Shown piece after piece: positions 31,538 through 40,712 of a DNA stretch of 64,000 nt (its first letter is position 1; each line of letters opens with the position of its first letter). Source of the stretch: Arcobacteraceae bacterium (GTDB taxonomy: Bacteria > Campylobacterota > Campylobacteria > Campylobacterales > Arcobacteraceae). A model generated the notes under the pieces. It had not been told where the DNA came from and did no database searches. It saw nothing but the letters and a program-made list of their open reading frames with translations. The position numbers and the translations under genes are program-made. The stretch is taken from NCBI GenBank assembly GCA_965224485.1, contig CBDCZH010000016.1, positions 32,001 through 96,000 on the forward strand, given 5' to 3'.

Positions 31538-32587
31538 TCATTTTGAAATTTCTTTATAATTTAATGAGTCTTTATTCATCTTAAGTCTTAAAATCATATC
31601 AAGTTGTTTTTCACTTGGTATTTTATTATATAACAAAGGATAGGCTTTTTTAATACTAGCACGCATAGAACCTTCAAGTAAAGTAGGATGTACAGTTCTT
31701 GTAAACCACTCCAAACCTAAGGCTAATTCTTGGTTAGGCGGATCCCACCTGTCCCCACCAACAGGAACTTTATATACTCTTTTATTCCTAACTGCCTTTA
31801 AATCAGAGAATAAAGGGTTTGCATAAATTTTTTGAGGTGTCATTTTCATATTAAAACCAAATAACCAAATAATATCAGGATTTGATAAAAGAAGCATCTC
31901 CGGATCAATATTAACAAATTTCTTTTTTATATTTAAGGCATTTTTTGCACCAGCTGTTTCCATAAAAAAATCAAAATGACTAAGTGATCCGGCCGCTAAT
32001 TCTTCATTAAGTAAATATAAAATAGTAGGTCTATTTTCTTTTGAGATTTTTTTTGTTTTTGAAATAATTTTTTTATAAGTATCATCATGCCACTTTAAAA
32101 TTTTTGTAGCTTTTTCTTCTTGATTGAGAATAATACCAATATCACGTAACCAATCTTTTGCAATATCTAGTCTTGTGTACTTCATTCCAGCCACATTTAA
32201 ACCAGCAGCTTCTAGAGCTTCTATGCTTTTTGTATGTCTAGCCCATTGTAAAACTAAATCAGGTTTTAGCTGTAAAATAGTTTCAATATTAACCGAATTT
32301 TCTTTAGGAACCACAGAAGAAGATATATTATTTAAATAAGGAAAAAACTCATTTAAAACACCTTCTTTTATTGCTTTATAAGAATTTGGTGAAGTTCCTA
32401 CTAAAACTTCTTTATCATTAGATAAAGTAACAACCATTGAACCAGCAGGAGAAGCAATTGTTACAATTTTTCTAGGTATATCTGTAAGCAAAACTTTTCG
32501 TTGTGCTTGGTCTGTAAATGATATAGAATTAGCCATAATGATATTAGTAAGTCCTAACATTATTATAAGTAATAATTTAATATTCAT
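31538..32587 (-). CDS. class III (TroA/BtuF-like) periplasmic binding protein
   Basis: Signal peptide, FTDQAQRKV, NIETILQLKPDLV, NPDII, LKAVRNKRVY. Confidence 0.88.
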   Translation of the reverse strand: MNIKLLLIIMLGLTNIIMANSISFTDQAQRKVLLTDIPRKIVTIASPAGSMVVTLSNDKEVLVGTSPNSYKAIKEGVLNEFFPYLNNISSSVVPKENSVNIETILQLKPDLVLQWARHTKSIEALEAAGLNVAGMKYTRLDIAKDWLRDIGIILNQEEKATKILKWHDDTYKKIISKTKKISKENRPTILYLLNEELAAGSLSHFDFFMETAGAKNALNIKKKFVNIDPEMLLLSNPDIIWLFGFNMKMTPQKIYANPLFSDLKAVRNKRVYKVPVGGDRWDPPNQELALGLEWFTRTVHPTLLEGSMRASIKKAYPLLYNKIPSEKQLDMILRLKMNKDSLNYKEISK

Positions 32588-32616
32588 ATTTTTCCTTTTG
32601 AATTTTAAAATAGAAG

Positions 32617-32653
32617 TATATTAGAGTAAAAACCAAGGTCTTACTCTAATATA
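32617..32653 (-). terminator. hairpin after TonB receptor 1
   Basis: Perfect 13-bp inverted repeat TATATTAGAGTAA / TTACTCTAATATA with an 11-nt loop. Confidence 0.7.
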
Positions 32654-32675
32654 AAGTTTAGTAAACAGATATTTA

Positions 32676-34814
32676 CTAAAAAGTATATTTCATACCAAAA
32701 GAGTAATTAAATCCATCTCCAGGAAGAAAAGTTGGCTTTGAAACAGCAGATTTTGCTCTAATTACATGCGCTGCATTATAAGTTTTATCTGCTAAGTTTT
32801 TGAAATTTGCAAAAAGATTCAACTTAGGCGTTGCTTGATAAGACAATTTTAAACCTAATAATGCAAATGAATCTTGTTTTAAATCATCATTATTTATATG
32901 ATCTACATAATTATCATCTGGCTGTATTTTTATATTAGGTGAAATTAATAAATAATCACCTAAGTTATATGCTAGTTCTAAATAAATTGTTTGCTTTGGA
33001 ATACCCGCAATTTGATTACCTTTATATACACCACCATCAAACTTAAAATTATTATAGTTATATACTAAATTTGCAGAAATTTTATCACTAGAGTCAAAAA
33101 TACCTTTAGCTAAAAGCTGTTGTAAACCAAATTCTAAACCTTGATGAGTAGTATCATCTTTATAATTAAAAGTATTCCCATTAATTAAATCTTTATCTAC
33201 TTGACTCATAAGCTCATTTTTAATTTTTGAATAATAATATGAAGCTTGCCAAGATGAATCTTTCCACTTACCTTTTGTACCTATTTCATACGTAGTTCCT
33301 GTTTGCTCCGCTAGGTCAACTAAAAGTGCTCCAGATTTAAATGCTATTGCATTTTTTGGCATATATTTATCATACACTAATTGATCAAATGTTGGAGCTT
33401 CCATACTTTTACTTATATTTGCATATACATTACTATTATCTGATAGTTTATATATCAATCCAATTTTCGGATTTAAAGCAGAAAAAGTAAATCTTTTATC
33501 AAGCTTTCCCATCGCAGGTGAATTAGGAACAGATGCATCACCTGAAATATTTCGTGTATTTTTGATCCATTGTAAATCTGTTACAAGTTCTAATTTATTA
33601 TTTAGAGGTAAATTATATTGCACATTTATTGAAAAATTTTGTGCTTCCTCTTCAAGATCAGCAAATCTAAGGAATTTTGAACCATCTCTATCATCACTTT
33701 GCCAATACTCTGTTGGCATAGACCCTTTATTATAATTTAAAGAAATTTCATAACTATCATCATTGAAAAAGGGGTTTGTTACTTTATTATAAAAATTTAT
33801 ACCAAAATTATTACCCTCTGTTGTTCTATGTCTAAAAGGATTTGCAAATTCATCATCAAGTTTTTCAGCATAAACAGCAACTTGATATTCAGTATTATCA
33901 TTTAAATTAAAAGTCGTTTTATTTGATATACGGAATTGCTCAGAATCACGATGAGGCTTTCTTTTATATACATTCATTAATTTATCAAAGGGACCTGCTG
34001 CCGCATAACCATCTCCCATAACTGCAGTTGGATGATCTTTTGAAAGTTGTTTTTGTAAAGGCATTGGAATATGGAAATAGTTATTTGTATAATTAAGAAA
34101 TGTTCTATTTTCAATATTATCATTAATTTGATAACCTATATTAACTCCAATATTCTTACGTTCTCCATCACTAATTGGTCTATAACCATCAGACTCTGAA
34201 AAACCAGCTGAAATATAATAATCTAAATCATCATTAACTCCACCAAGTCCTATATTAATACTTCTTGTATTATGAGAGCCTGCTTGAATATTTATAAATG
34301 ATTCACTATTAAGTCCTGTTTTAGGTACAAAGTTAATAGCTCCCCCTAAAGAAGCAGAACCATATCTCATAGCATTTGAACCTCTAAATACAGAAACAGC
34401 ACTAAATTGCATAGGATCAATTAATCCAATTACAAAAGAACCATCTGCTTGATTAATACTTGTTCCATCATAAAGTAAATTAACTCCTTTATTTACAGGA
34501 TTAGATTGAATACCTGAACCTCTTATATTAAGTCTTGGCTGATCGTTAGCACCAAAAAACTCTTGCATCATAATTCCTGGTTCTGTACTTAGAATATCAT
34601 TTAAAGTAGCTTTTGAAGTTGAAATTGAATCCAGATTAACAAGATTAGTTCCACCTGGAATTTTTACTAACTCTTTTTGCATACTTTGAATAACTAGATT
34701 CTTTTCAACAATATCAACACTATTTAACTTTGTAGCATCACCTGCTTGAGCATTAGCCATAATTGCGAATGAAGTTAAAACTGACATAGTTATTTTTTTT
34801 CTTTTTGTAAACAC
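32676..34814 (-). CDS. TonB-dependent outer-membrane receptor (copy 1)
   Basis: Signal peptide, plug motif RLNIRGSG...LLYDG...VFRGSNAMRYGSASLGGAINF, NLADKTY, C-terminal aromatic KYTF. Confidence 0.93.
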   Translation of the reverse strand: MFTKRKKITMSVLTSFAIMANAQAGDATKLNSVDIVEKNLVIQSMQKELVKIPGGTNLVNLDSISTSKATLNDILSTEPGIMMQEFFGANDQPRLNIRGSGIQSNPVNKGVNLLYDGTSINQADGSFVIGLIDPMQFSAVSVFRGSNAMRYGSASLGGAINFVPKTGLNSESFINIQAGSHNTRSINIGLGGVNDDLDYYISAGFSESDGYRPISDGERKNIGVNIGYQINDNIENRTFLNYTNNYFHIPMPLQKQLSKDHPTAVMGDGYAAAGPFDKLMNVYKRKPHRDSEQFRISNKTTFNLNDNTEYQVAVYAEKLDDEFANPFRHRTTEGNNFGINFYNKVTNPFFNDDSYEISLNYNKGSMPTEYWQSDDRDGSKFLRFADLEEEAQNFSINVQYNLPLNNKLELVTDLQWIKNTRNISGDASVPNSPAMGKLDKRFTFSALNPKIGLIYKLSDNSNVYANISKSMEAPTFDQLVYDKYMPKNAIAFKSGALLVDLAEQTGTTYEIGTKGKWKDSSWQASYYYSKIKNELMSQVDKDLINGNTFNYKDDTTHQGLEFGLQQLLAKGIFDSSDKISANLVYNYNNFKFDGGVYKGNQIAGIPKQTIYLELAYNLGDYLLISPNIKIQPDDNYVDHINNDDLKQDSFALLGLKLSYQATPKLNLFANFKNLADKTYNAAHVIRAKSAVSKPTFLPGDGFNYSFGMKYTF

Positions 34815-34859
34815 ATTTTCTCCTAGTTTTTAATTTATTTTTTCTGCTTATTTTTAACA

Positions 34860-34931
34860 TTAGAAAGAAATCCGTTATCAGGAATGTTCTACCAATATTT
34901 TTCTCTTTATAAAAATTTAAAATCATTCTAA
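34860..34931 (-). pseudogene. decayed copy of the 3' end of the NMT1-like binding-protein gene (duplication scar)
   Basis: Aligns by eye, with indels, to 37291-37374 including the stop codon. Confidence 0.75.
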
Positions 34932-34970
34932 ATAAGAAACTATTTTTGAAAGAGTGGAGGGCATATAGTA

Positions 34971-35001
34971 TTAGAGTAAAAGTTTAAAACTTTTACTCTA
35001 A
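34971..35001 (-). terminator. hairpin after TonB receptor 2
   Basis: 15-bp inverted repeat TTAGAGTAAAAGTTT / AAACTTTTACTCTAA, homologous to the hairpin at 32617. Confidence 0.7.
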
Positions 35002-35013
35002 ATTTTATTTAAA

Positions 35014-37242
35014 TTACCAAGTATATTTAAGACCAAAAGTATAGTTAAATCCATCTCCGGGAAGGAAAGTTGGACTATTTGGACCTGATTTACCTCTTAC
35101 TACATAAGTTGATTCATATACTTCATCTGTAAGATTATTTAGATTAGTATAAATAGTTAAATTAGCTTGTGGTTTGTATGACAATTTTAAGCCATATAAA
35201 GTAAAAGAATCTTGTTTAACTGAGTTAGAGTGATCTGCATAATTGTTATCTGGTTGAATCTTAACATTTGGTGCAATATAAAAAGAATTACCTAAGCTAT
35301 AAGCAAGTTCTAAATAAATAGTTTGCTTAGGAACTCCTGCAATTTGATTTCCTGAATATTCTCCACCATCAAAAGTAAAATTATTATAGTTATAAACAAT
35401 ATTTGATGAAAGTACATCAGATGAGTCAAAAATACCCTTAGTTAGAATTTGATTTAATCCAAATTCAAGTCCTTGATGTGTTGTTTTATCAGTATAGTTA
35501 AATGTTGAACCATTTACAGCAGCAGCATCTACTTGAGTAATAAGCTCATCACTTACTTTTGAGTAATAATAAGAAGCTTGCCAAGACGTGTCTTTCCAAG
35601 ATCCTTTTGTTCCTACTTCAAAAGTAGTAGCTACTTGTTCTTTAAGATTAACAGTATTTGCACCTGAGGCAAATGCTGCATTTGTAAAAGGAGCTGTTGG
35701 AGTTGCATTAATTAAAGGTATGATTTTTCTATTAACTAATTGATTAAAAGTTGGAGCTTCCATACTTCTACTAATATTTGCATAAACATTACTTGTATCA
35801 GATGTTTTAATAATTAAACCAAGTTTAGGATTTAAAGCATCATAAGTATAATTATTGTCAATATTCGCTACAACAGTATCAAATGTCCCAGGAACAGGAG
35901 GAGTAGATGCAGTTCCTGAAATTTCTCTTGTATTTCTCATATATTGTAAATCAGCAACTAATTCAACACTTTTACTAACTGGAAAGTTATATTGAATATT
36001 TAAAGCAAGATTATCAGCATCTTGGTCTAAATCTGCAAATTTAAATAATTTAGAACCATTGTCTGGATTATTAACCCAATATTCAATTGGCATAGAACCT
36101 TTATTATAATTTAATGATACTTCATATAAATCTTCAGCAAAGAAAGAAGAGTCTCCTTTTGCTACAAGATTAATACCAGCATTTTTTGATTTAACTATAG
36201 CATGACTTAAAGGATCAGTAAATGTATCATCTAATTTTTCAGCATATAGCGAAACTTGATACTCTACATTATCACTAGTATTGAAGGTAGTTTTATTTGC
36301 AATACGTAATTGTTTTGTATCTCTATGTGGTTTTCTTTTATACATATTAAAGATACCATCCCAGCCACCTTTAGCAATAAACATTGCATTTAATGGGGAA
36401 GCTGTTGGGAAAGGAGATTTATAACTACTTGAATAACCATCACCCATAATTGATGAAGGATGTTTAGCAGCTATATCTTTATGTAAAACAAAAGGAATAT
36501 TAAAGAAGTTATCTGAATAATTAAAAAGTGTTCTATTTTCTATATTATCGTTAACTTGATAGCCAAGATTAATAGCTAAATCTTTTCTCTTAGAATCACT
36601 CATAGCTCTAAAACCATCAGATTTAGAATACCCAGCAGAGATGTAATAATCTAAATCACCATTAACCCCACCAAGTCCTAAATTAATGTTTTTAGTACTA
36701 TGTGAACCTGCTTGAATTTCTATGAAAGAATCACTATTGAGTCCAGTCTTAGAAGTAAAATTAAGAGCTCCACCTAAAGAAGCAGAACCATATTTCATTG
36801 CATTTGCACCACGAAAAACAGATACTGCACTATGTTGAGAAGGATTTAATAAACCAATTACAAAAGAACCATCAGCTTGATTAATACTTGATCCATCATA
36901 AAGTAAGTTAACCCCATTATTTACAGGATTAGATTGAATACCAGAACCTCTTACATTTAGTCTTGGTTGATCATTTCCACCAAAGAATTCTTGTATCATA
37001 ATACCTGGTTCATTTTTTAAAATCTCTCCAAGTGTTGCTTTAGATGTAGTTACAGCATCTAAATCTATAAGATTAGTTCCCCCTGGAATTTTTACTAGCT
37101 CTTTTTGTATACTTTGGGTAACTTGATTCTTTTCAACAATATCAACATTATTTAACTTAACAATATCATTTGCTTGAGCATTAGCCATAATTGCGAATGA
37201 AGCTAAAATTGACATAGTTATTTTTTTTCTTTTTGTAAACAC
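35014..37242 (-). CDS. TonB-dependent outer-membrane receptor (copy 2)
   Basis: Same plug and barrel motifs as copy 1, near-identical N-terminus, C-terminal KYTW. Confidence 0.93.
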   Translation of the reverse strand: MFTKRKKITMSILASFAIMANAQANDIVKLNNVDIVEKNQVTQSIQKELVKIPGGTNLIDLDAVTTSKATLGEILKNEPGIMIQEFFGGNDQPRLNVRGSGIQSNPVNNGVNLLYDGSSINQADGSFVIGLLNPSQHSAVSVFRGANAMKYGSASLGGALNFTSKTGLNSDSFIEIQAGSHSTKNINLGLGGVNGDLDYYISAGYSKSDGFRAMSDSKRKDLAINLGYQVNDNIENRTLFNYSDNFFNIPFVLHKDIAAKHPSSIMGDGYSSSYKSPFPTASPLNAMFIAKGGWDGIFNMYKRKPHRDTKQLRIANKTTFNTSDNVEYQVSLYAEKLDDTFTDPLSHAIVKSKNAGINLVAKGDSSFFAEDLYEVSLNYNKGSMPIEYWVNNPDNGSKLFKFADLDQDADNLALNIQYNFPVSKSVELVADLQYMRNTREISGTASTPPVPGTFDTVVANIDNNYTYDALNPKLGLIIKTSDTSNVYANISRSMEAPTFNQLVNRKIIPLINATPTAPFTNAAFASGANTVNLKEQVATTFEVGTKGSWKDTSWQASYYYSKVSDELITQVDAAAVNGSTFNYTDKTTHQGLEFGLNQILTKGIFDSSDVLSSNIVYNYNNFTFDGGEYSGNQIAGVPKQTIYLELAYSLGNSFYIAPNVKIQPDNNYADHSNSVKQDSFTLYGLKLSYKPQANLTIYTNLNNLTDEVYESTYVVRGKSGPNSPTFLPGDGFNYTFGLKYTW

Positions 37243-37290
37243 ATTTTCTCCTAGTTTTTAATTTTGTTTTTTTTCTACTTGTTTTTTATA

Positions 37291-38241
37291 TTAGAAATAA
37301 AATCCATCATCTGGAATTTTTCCACCAATTGTTTTCTTATTGTTTCTTTCTAAAAGTTTAAAAAATGACTCTAACTTTTCTTTTGCATCTTTAATTGCTA
37401 CATTTTTAAATCGAACATGAGCAATTGAGTCAGATACAGCTTTTGCATTTAACATTGGCAAGTTTTTTGAAACTAAAAGACCTGCAACTTTAGGATTATT
37501 TTTATACCAAGCTATTGATTTTGTATACTCTTCTAAAAATCTTTTAATCAGTTTTTTATTACTTTTAACAGGACCCAAAACAACAATTCCAGCTTGAGGA
37601 ATCATAGCTTCAGTATTAAAAACTCTTGCCCACTCATCTTGTAAATCAATACTTCTATATAAAGTCTTATCTTTAATTAAAGCCATTGAAGAAATTGGTT
37701 CAAGCATTAAAGCAATATCATTTCTTTTTTTAACAAGTAAAGACATTGCATCTATAAGATTGCTTGTATATTGGATTTTTATGTCTTTTTTAACATCTAA
37801 ACCTTCTTTATTTAATAACTCTCTAAATGCAATATCAGGTAAATCATTTCTAAAAGGTACTAAAATACTTTTACCTTTTAAATCTTTTATTTCTTTAATA
37901 TTTTTATCTCTAGAGATAATACTCATCAAACCCCAAATTGAGACATTTAACAGTTGTATATCTTCACCTTTATTATAAAAGTTTGCAGCAACATTTGTGG
38001 GAACTGCAATAAAATCAACACTTTTATTAATCATCATTGCTTTTAATTGCGAAGGAGTTCTCCAAAGTTTAAACTCAATCTCATTTGCAACATCTTTTAA
38101 AGCATTTGATTTTATTAAATGAAAGAAGGGATGCGAAATAGAAGCAGCTGGTCCAGCGATAACTAACTTTGCTACTTTTTTATCTGCGTTTAAGTTTATT
38201 GCACATAAAAAAACAGATAAAACGATAAGTTTTTTAAACAT
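37291..38241 (-). CDS. NMT1/SsuA/TauA-type (class II) periplasmic binding protein
   Basis: Start moved to ATG 38241 after AAGGA; signal peptide; AGPAASIS, PTNVAANFYNKG, IKDLKGK, EP, IPQAGI. Confidence 0.82.
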   Translation of the reverse strand: MFKKLIVLSVFLCAINLNADKKVAKLVIAGPAASISHPFFHLIKSNALKDVANEIEFKLWRTPSQLKAMMINKSVDFIAVPTNVAANFYNKGEDIQLLNVSIWGLMSIISRDKNIKEIKDLKGKSILVPFRNDLPDIAFRELLNKEGLDVKKDIKIQYTSNLIDAMSLLVKKRNDIALMLEPISSMALIKDKTLYRSIDLQDEWARVFNTEAMIPQAGIVVLGPVKSNKKLIKRFLEEYTKSIAWYKNNPKVAGLLVSKNLPMLNAKAVSDSIAHVRFKNVAIKDAKEKLESFFKLLERNNKKTIGGKIPDDGFYF

Positions 38242-38268
38242 AATTTTCCTTTTGTAGAATAATAGCGT

Positions 38269-38300
38269 AATGATATTAAAATTGATAATTAATATCATTG
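38269..38300. promoter_or_regulatory. Fur-family operator
   Basis: TGATAAT-T-AATATCA (38283-38297), one mismatch from the 7-1-7 TGATAATnATTATCA consensus, plus an adjacent aaTGATATT half-site; about 40 nt upstream of the first gene of the uptake locus. Confidence 0.7.
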
Positions 38301-38390
38301 ATTAAAGTCAAGGAATGCTTATTTTTTTATAATTAATTTAAATAATTAGTATTTTTAGGGATTGTCTAGTGTAGTTTAAAGTTATTAAAA

Positions 38391-38433
38391 TAATTAATAG
38401 CTAGTTAAATTTTCATTTAATAGCTATTAATTA
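38391..38433 (-). terminator. hairpin after AAA ATPase gene
   Basis: TAATTAATAGCTA(G)TTAAAT / ATTTAATAGCTATTAATTA inverted repeat just past the stop codon. Confidence 0.65.
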
Positions 38434-38437
38434 ATAT

Positions 38438-40177
38438 TTATGAGAAAAAGCCTACTTTATTCTCTTGATCAAATTGACCTTTTTTCTCTTTTGTAATTTG
38501 CTCTAAAAAAGAATCATTTGTAAAAATAGGTTTATCTTCAACCGCAACTTTATATGCAGTATTTTTAATAACAAGCTCAATTTGTCCACCTGTTAATTCT
38601 ATTTTTGCTAATTCTTTTAAGTTTACATTTTTATGCAAAGGAAGAGTAACAGGAAGAAGTTTTTCCCATAAAGCTAGTCTTTGTTTAAAGTCAGGTTTTA
38701 CAAATTCAATTTTATAATTAAATCTTCTTGAAAAAGCCTTGTCAAGATTTTCTAAAAGATTTGTAGTTGCTATTAAAATTCCATCAAACCTTTCAATTTG
38801 TTCTAAAAAGATATTTTGCATTTGATTATGCATTTTATCACTTCCACTTCCAATACCTTGCACTCTTGAACTTAAAAATTGGTCAGCTTCATTTAAAAGT
38901 AAGATTGGTTCAGATTTTGTTTTTACTCTTAGCTCAGAATATTTATCAAAAATTTCTCTTACATTTTTTTCACTCTCACCTACATACATAGATAAGATCT
39001 TACTACAGTCAAAAGATAAAACTTGTCTCTTCAATGATTTAGCAAGTGCTAGGGCAGTTACTGTTTTTCCAGTTCCAGCAAGACCATAAAAGATAATTTT
39101 AGCTTCTATTCCTTTTTTCTTATCTTTAATTCCCCACTCTTTTAATCTATTTAAAACTGTTTTATCTACTTGTTTTAATAAAGCGTTTAAAGTCTCTTTT
39201 GTTTTAGGATTTAAAACAACATCTTCTAATGTTTTATCACTTGAAATTAATTCAAACATTTCTTGCTCTTTAATTAATGAATCAAGTTTTATTTTTGCTC
39301 GTCTTACTTTTTTCTTAACAGGATGAGAAATCTTATATAATATTTCATCAGGAATATAAAAATTTCTACTTATTCCTCCAAAAGGTGTAAGCATTTCATC
39401 ATAATCAATAATAGAATTACTTACAAGTTTTGAGCTCTCTTCCAAAAGAGATCTATGTTTAATTTTTTCATAATCATCACTTGAAATAAGATTAAGTAAA
39501 GAGTTCATATCTCTTTGACTCTCGTCACCTCCTGCATACTCTTCTTTTAAAAGTGCTAAAAAGATAAGTTGTTCTTTTTTATCTAAATCATTATCTTTAA
39601 AAAAACCTTCTATCATAATGTCAGTTTTAGTAGCTTTTATTCTCTCTAAAATTCTATTTTCTAACATCAAAAGTTTTGTATTTACTCTATTGATATTTGG
39701 TGAGTTTTCATCAAAATCTGCTTTTATTACATTTAATTTTTGAACTAATTCAACTTTTAGAAACTGGTCTTGTAAATACTCTAAGTGATCACTGTATTCT
39801 TTAATTTCAGGCAAAATAAAATCACTTGCACCCTCTTCAACTAGTTTTAAAAATGAGCTTGAAAGTGTAACACTAGAGTTAAGAAGTTCTAGTTTTGATA
39901 TTTCACTTAATTTTACATTAGTATAAATACTACTTTGAACAATCCAACCTTGTTCTAATAAGGATTTTATAAGAGATATTTGCTCTAAGTGCTCAAAAGT
40001 TTTTAGGTCATAAAATTGAGCTAAGATGTCAATTACTAATAAAGAATCTCTACCTATTAGATACTCTTTTGTAATATGTTGTAATATTTTTGCTTCATTA
40101 TTTGAACATTTTAATTGTATAAAAAGTTCAGTTTTACTAAGGTTTTTACTGTTAATAAATTTAATTATTTCTTTCAT
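38438..40177 (-). CDS. AAA+ ATPase with long N-terminal region
   Basis: GLAGTGKT, pore loop SMYVGESEKN, Walker B LLLNEAD, SRH ATTNLLENLDKAFSRRF. Confidence 0.88.
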   Translation of the reverse strand: MKEIIKFINSKNLSKTELFIQLKCSNNEAKILQHITKEYLIGRDSLLVIDILAQFYDLKTFEHLEQISLIKSLLEQGWIVQSSIYTNVKLSEISKLELLNSSVTLSSSFLKLVEEGASDFILPEIKEYSDHLEYLQDQFLKVELVQKLNVIKADFDENSPNINRVNTKLLMLENRILERIKATKTDIMIEGFFKDNDLDKKEQLIFLALLKEEYAGGDESQRDMNSLLNLISSDDYEKIKHRSLLEESSKLVSNSIIDYDEMLTPFGGISRNFYIPDEILYKISHPVKKKVRRAKIKLDSLIKEQEMFELISSDKTLEDVVLNPKTKETLNALLKQVDKTVLNRLKEWGIKDKKKGIEAKIIFYGLAGTGKTVTALALAKSLKRQVLSFDCSKILSMYVGESEKNVREIFDKYSELRVKTKSEPILLLNEADQFLSSRVQGIGSGSDKMHNQMQNIFLEQIERFDGILIATTNLLENLDKAFSRRFNYKIEFVKPDFKQRLALWEKLLPVTLPLHKNVNLKELAKIELTGGQIELVIKNTAYKVAVEDKPIFTNDSFLEQITKEKKGQFDQENKVGFFS

Positions 40178-40533
40178 TTATCTATTTTTTCCTTCAAAAT
40201 GTTTAAAAACTGAATATTGTCTTTTTCATTTTTAAACTCAAGTTTCATTTGTTTGTTTTTACTTATTATATCTATACTGTTATTATTAGTACTTAACTTA
40301 AGAATATTCTTAAGATAAATCACTTCATTACTAGAAAAATCAATATTAAACTGATTGTTAATGCTTAGAACTTTATTTTGACAAACTGCCTTGTATTTAC
40401 TCTTATAATAAATAATATTTTTACATTTATTTTTTGAAAAGTACTCATTTATTTCTGTAGTATTACCTAAATCAATAAAATACAACCATGCAATTGCAAT
40501 AAAAAAAGGTGTAAAAAAAACCAAAATAATCAT
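40174..40533 (-). CDS. hypothetical protein with N-terminal membrane anchor
   Basis: GAGG RBS, hydrophobic N-terminus, ATGA overlap with the AAA ATPase gene. Confidence 0.6.
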   Translation of the reverse strand: MIILVFFTPFFIAIAWLYFIDLGNTTEINEYFSKNKCKNIIYYKSKYKAVCQNKVLSINNQFNIDFSSNEVIYLKNILKLSTNNNSIDIISKNKQMKLEFKNEKDNIQFLNILKEKIDK

Positions 40534-40712
40534 CTGTTTACCTCTATAATAGCTATGTTTCTCTGCATTATAGTACAGAAATTTATCTTAAATAACTAAG
40601 TTAGTAAAAAATTAATCTAAGATATAAAATATTTAAATAAAAAATTTAAGATAATTTTTATTATTATTATTTTATAATAAACTTATACATTATTTATATA
40701 CTAAGGATATTT

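Noticed and set aside
34793..34816. A8 tract and an out-of-frame ATG overlapping the GTG start in both TonB receptor genes as a phase-variation switch
   Set aside because: Both genes are in frame, A8 runs are common in this AT-rich DNA, and identity between copies follows from the duplication
29529..38437. Uptake locus as an integrative mobile element
   Set aside because: No integrase, transposase, tRNA target or flanking direct repeats found
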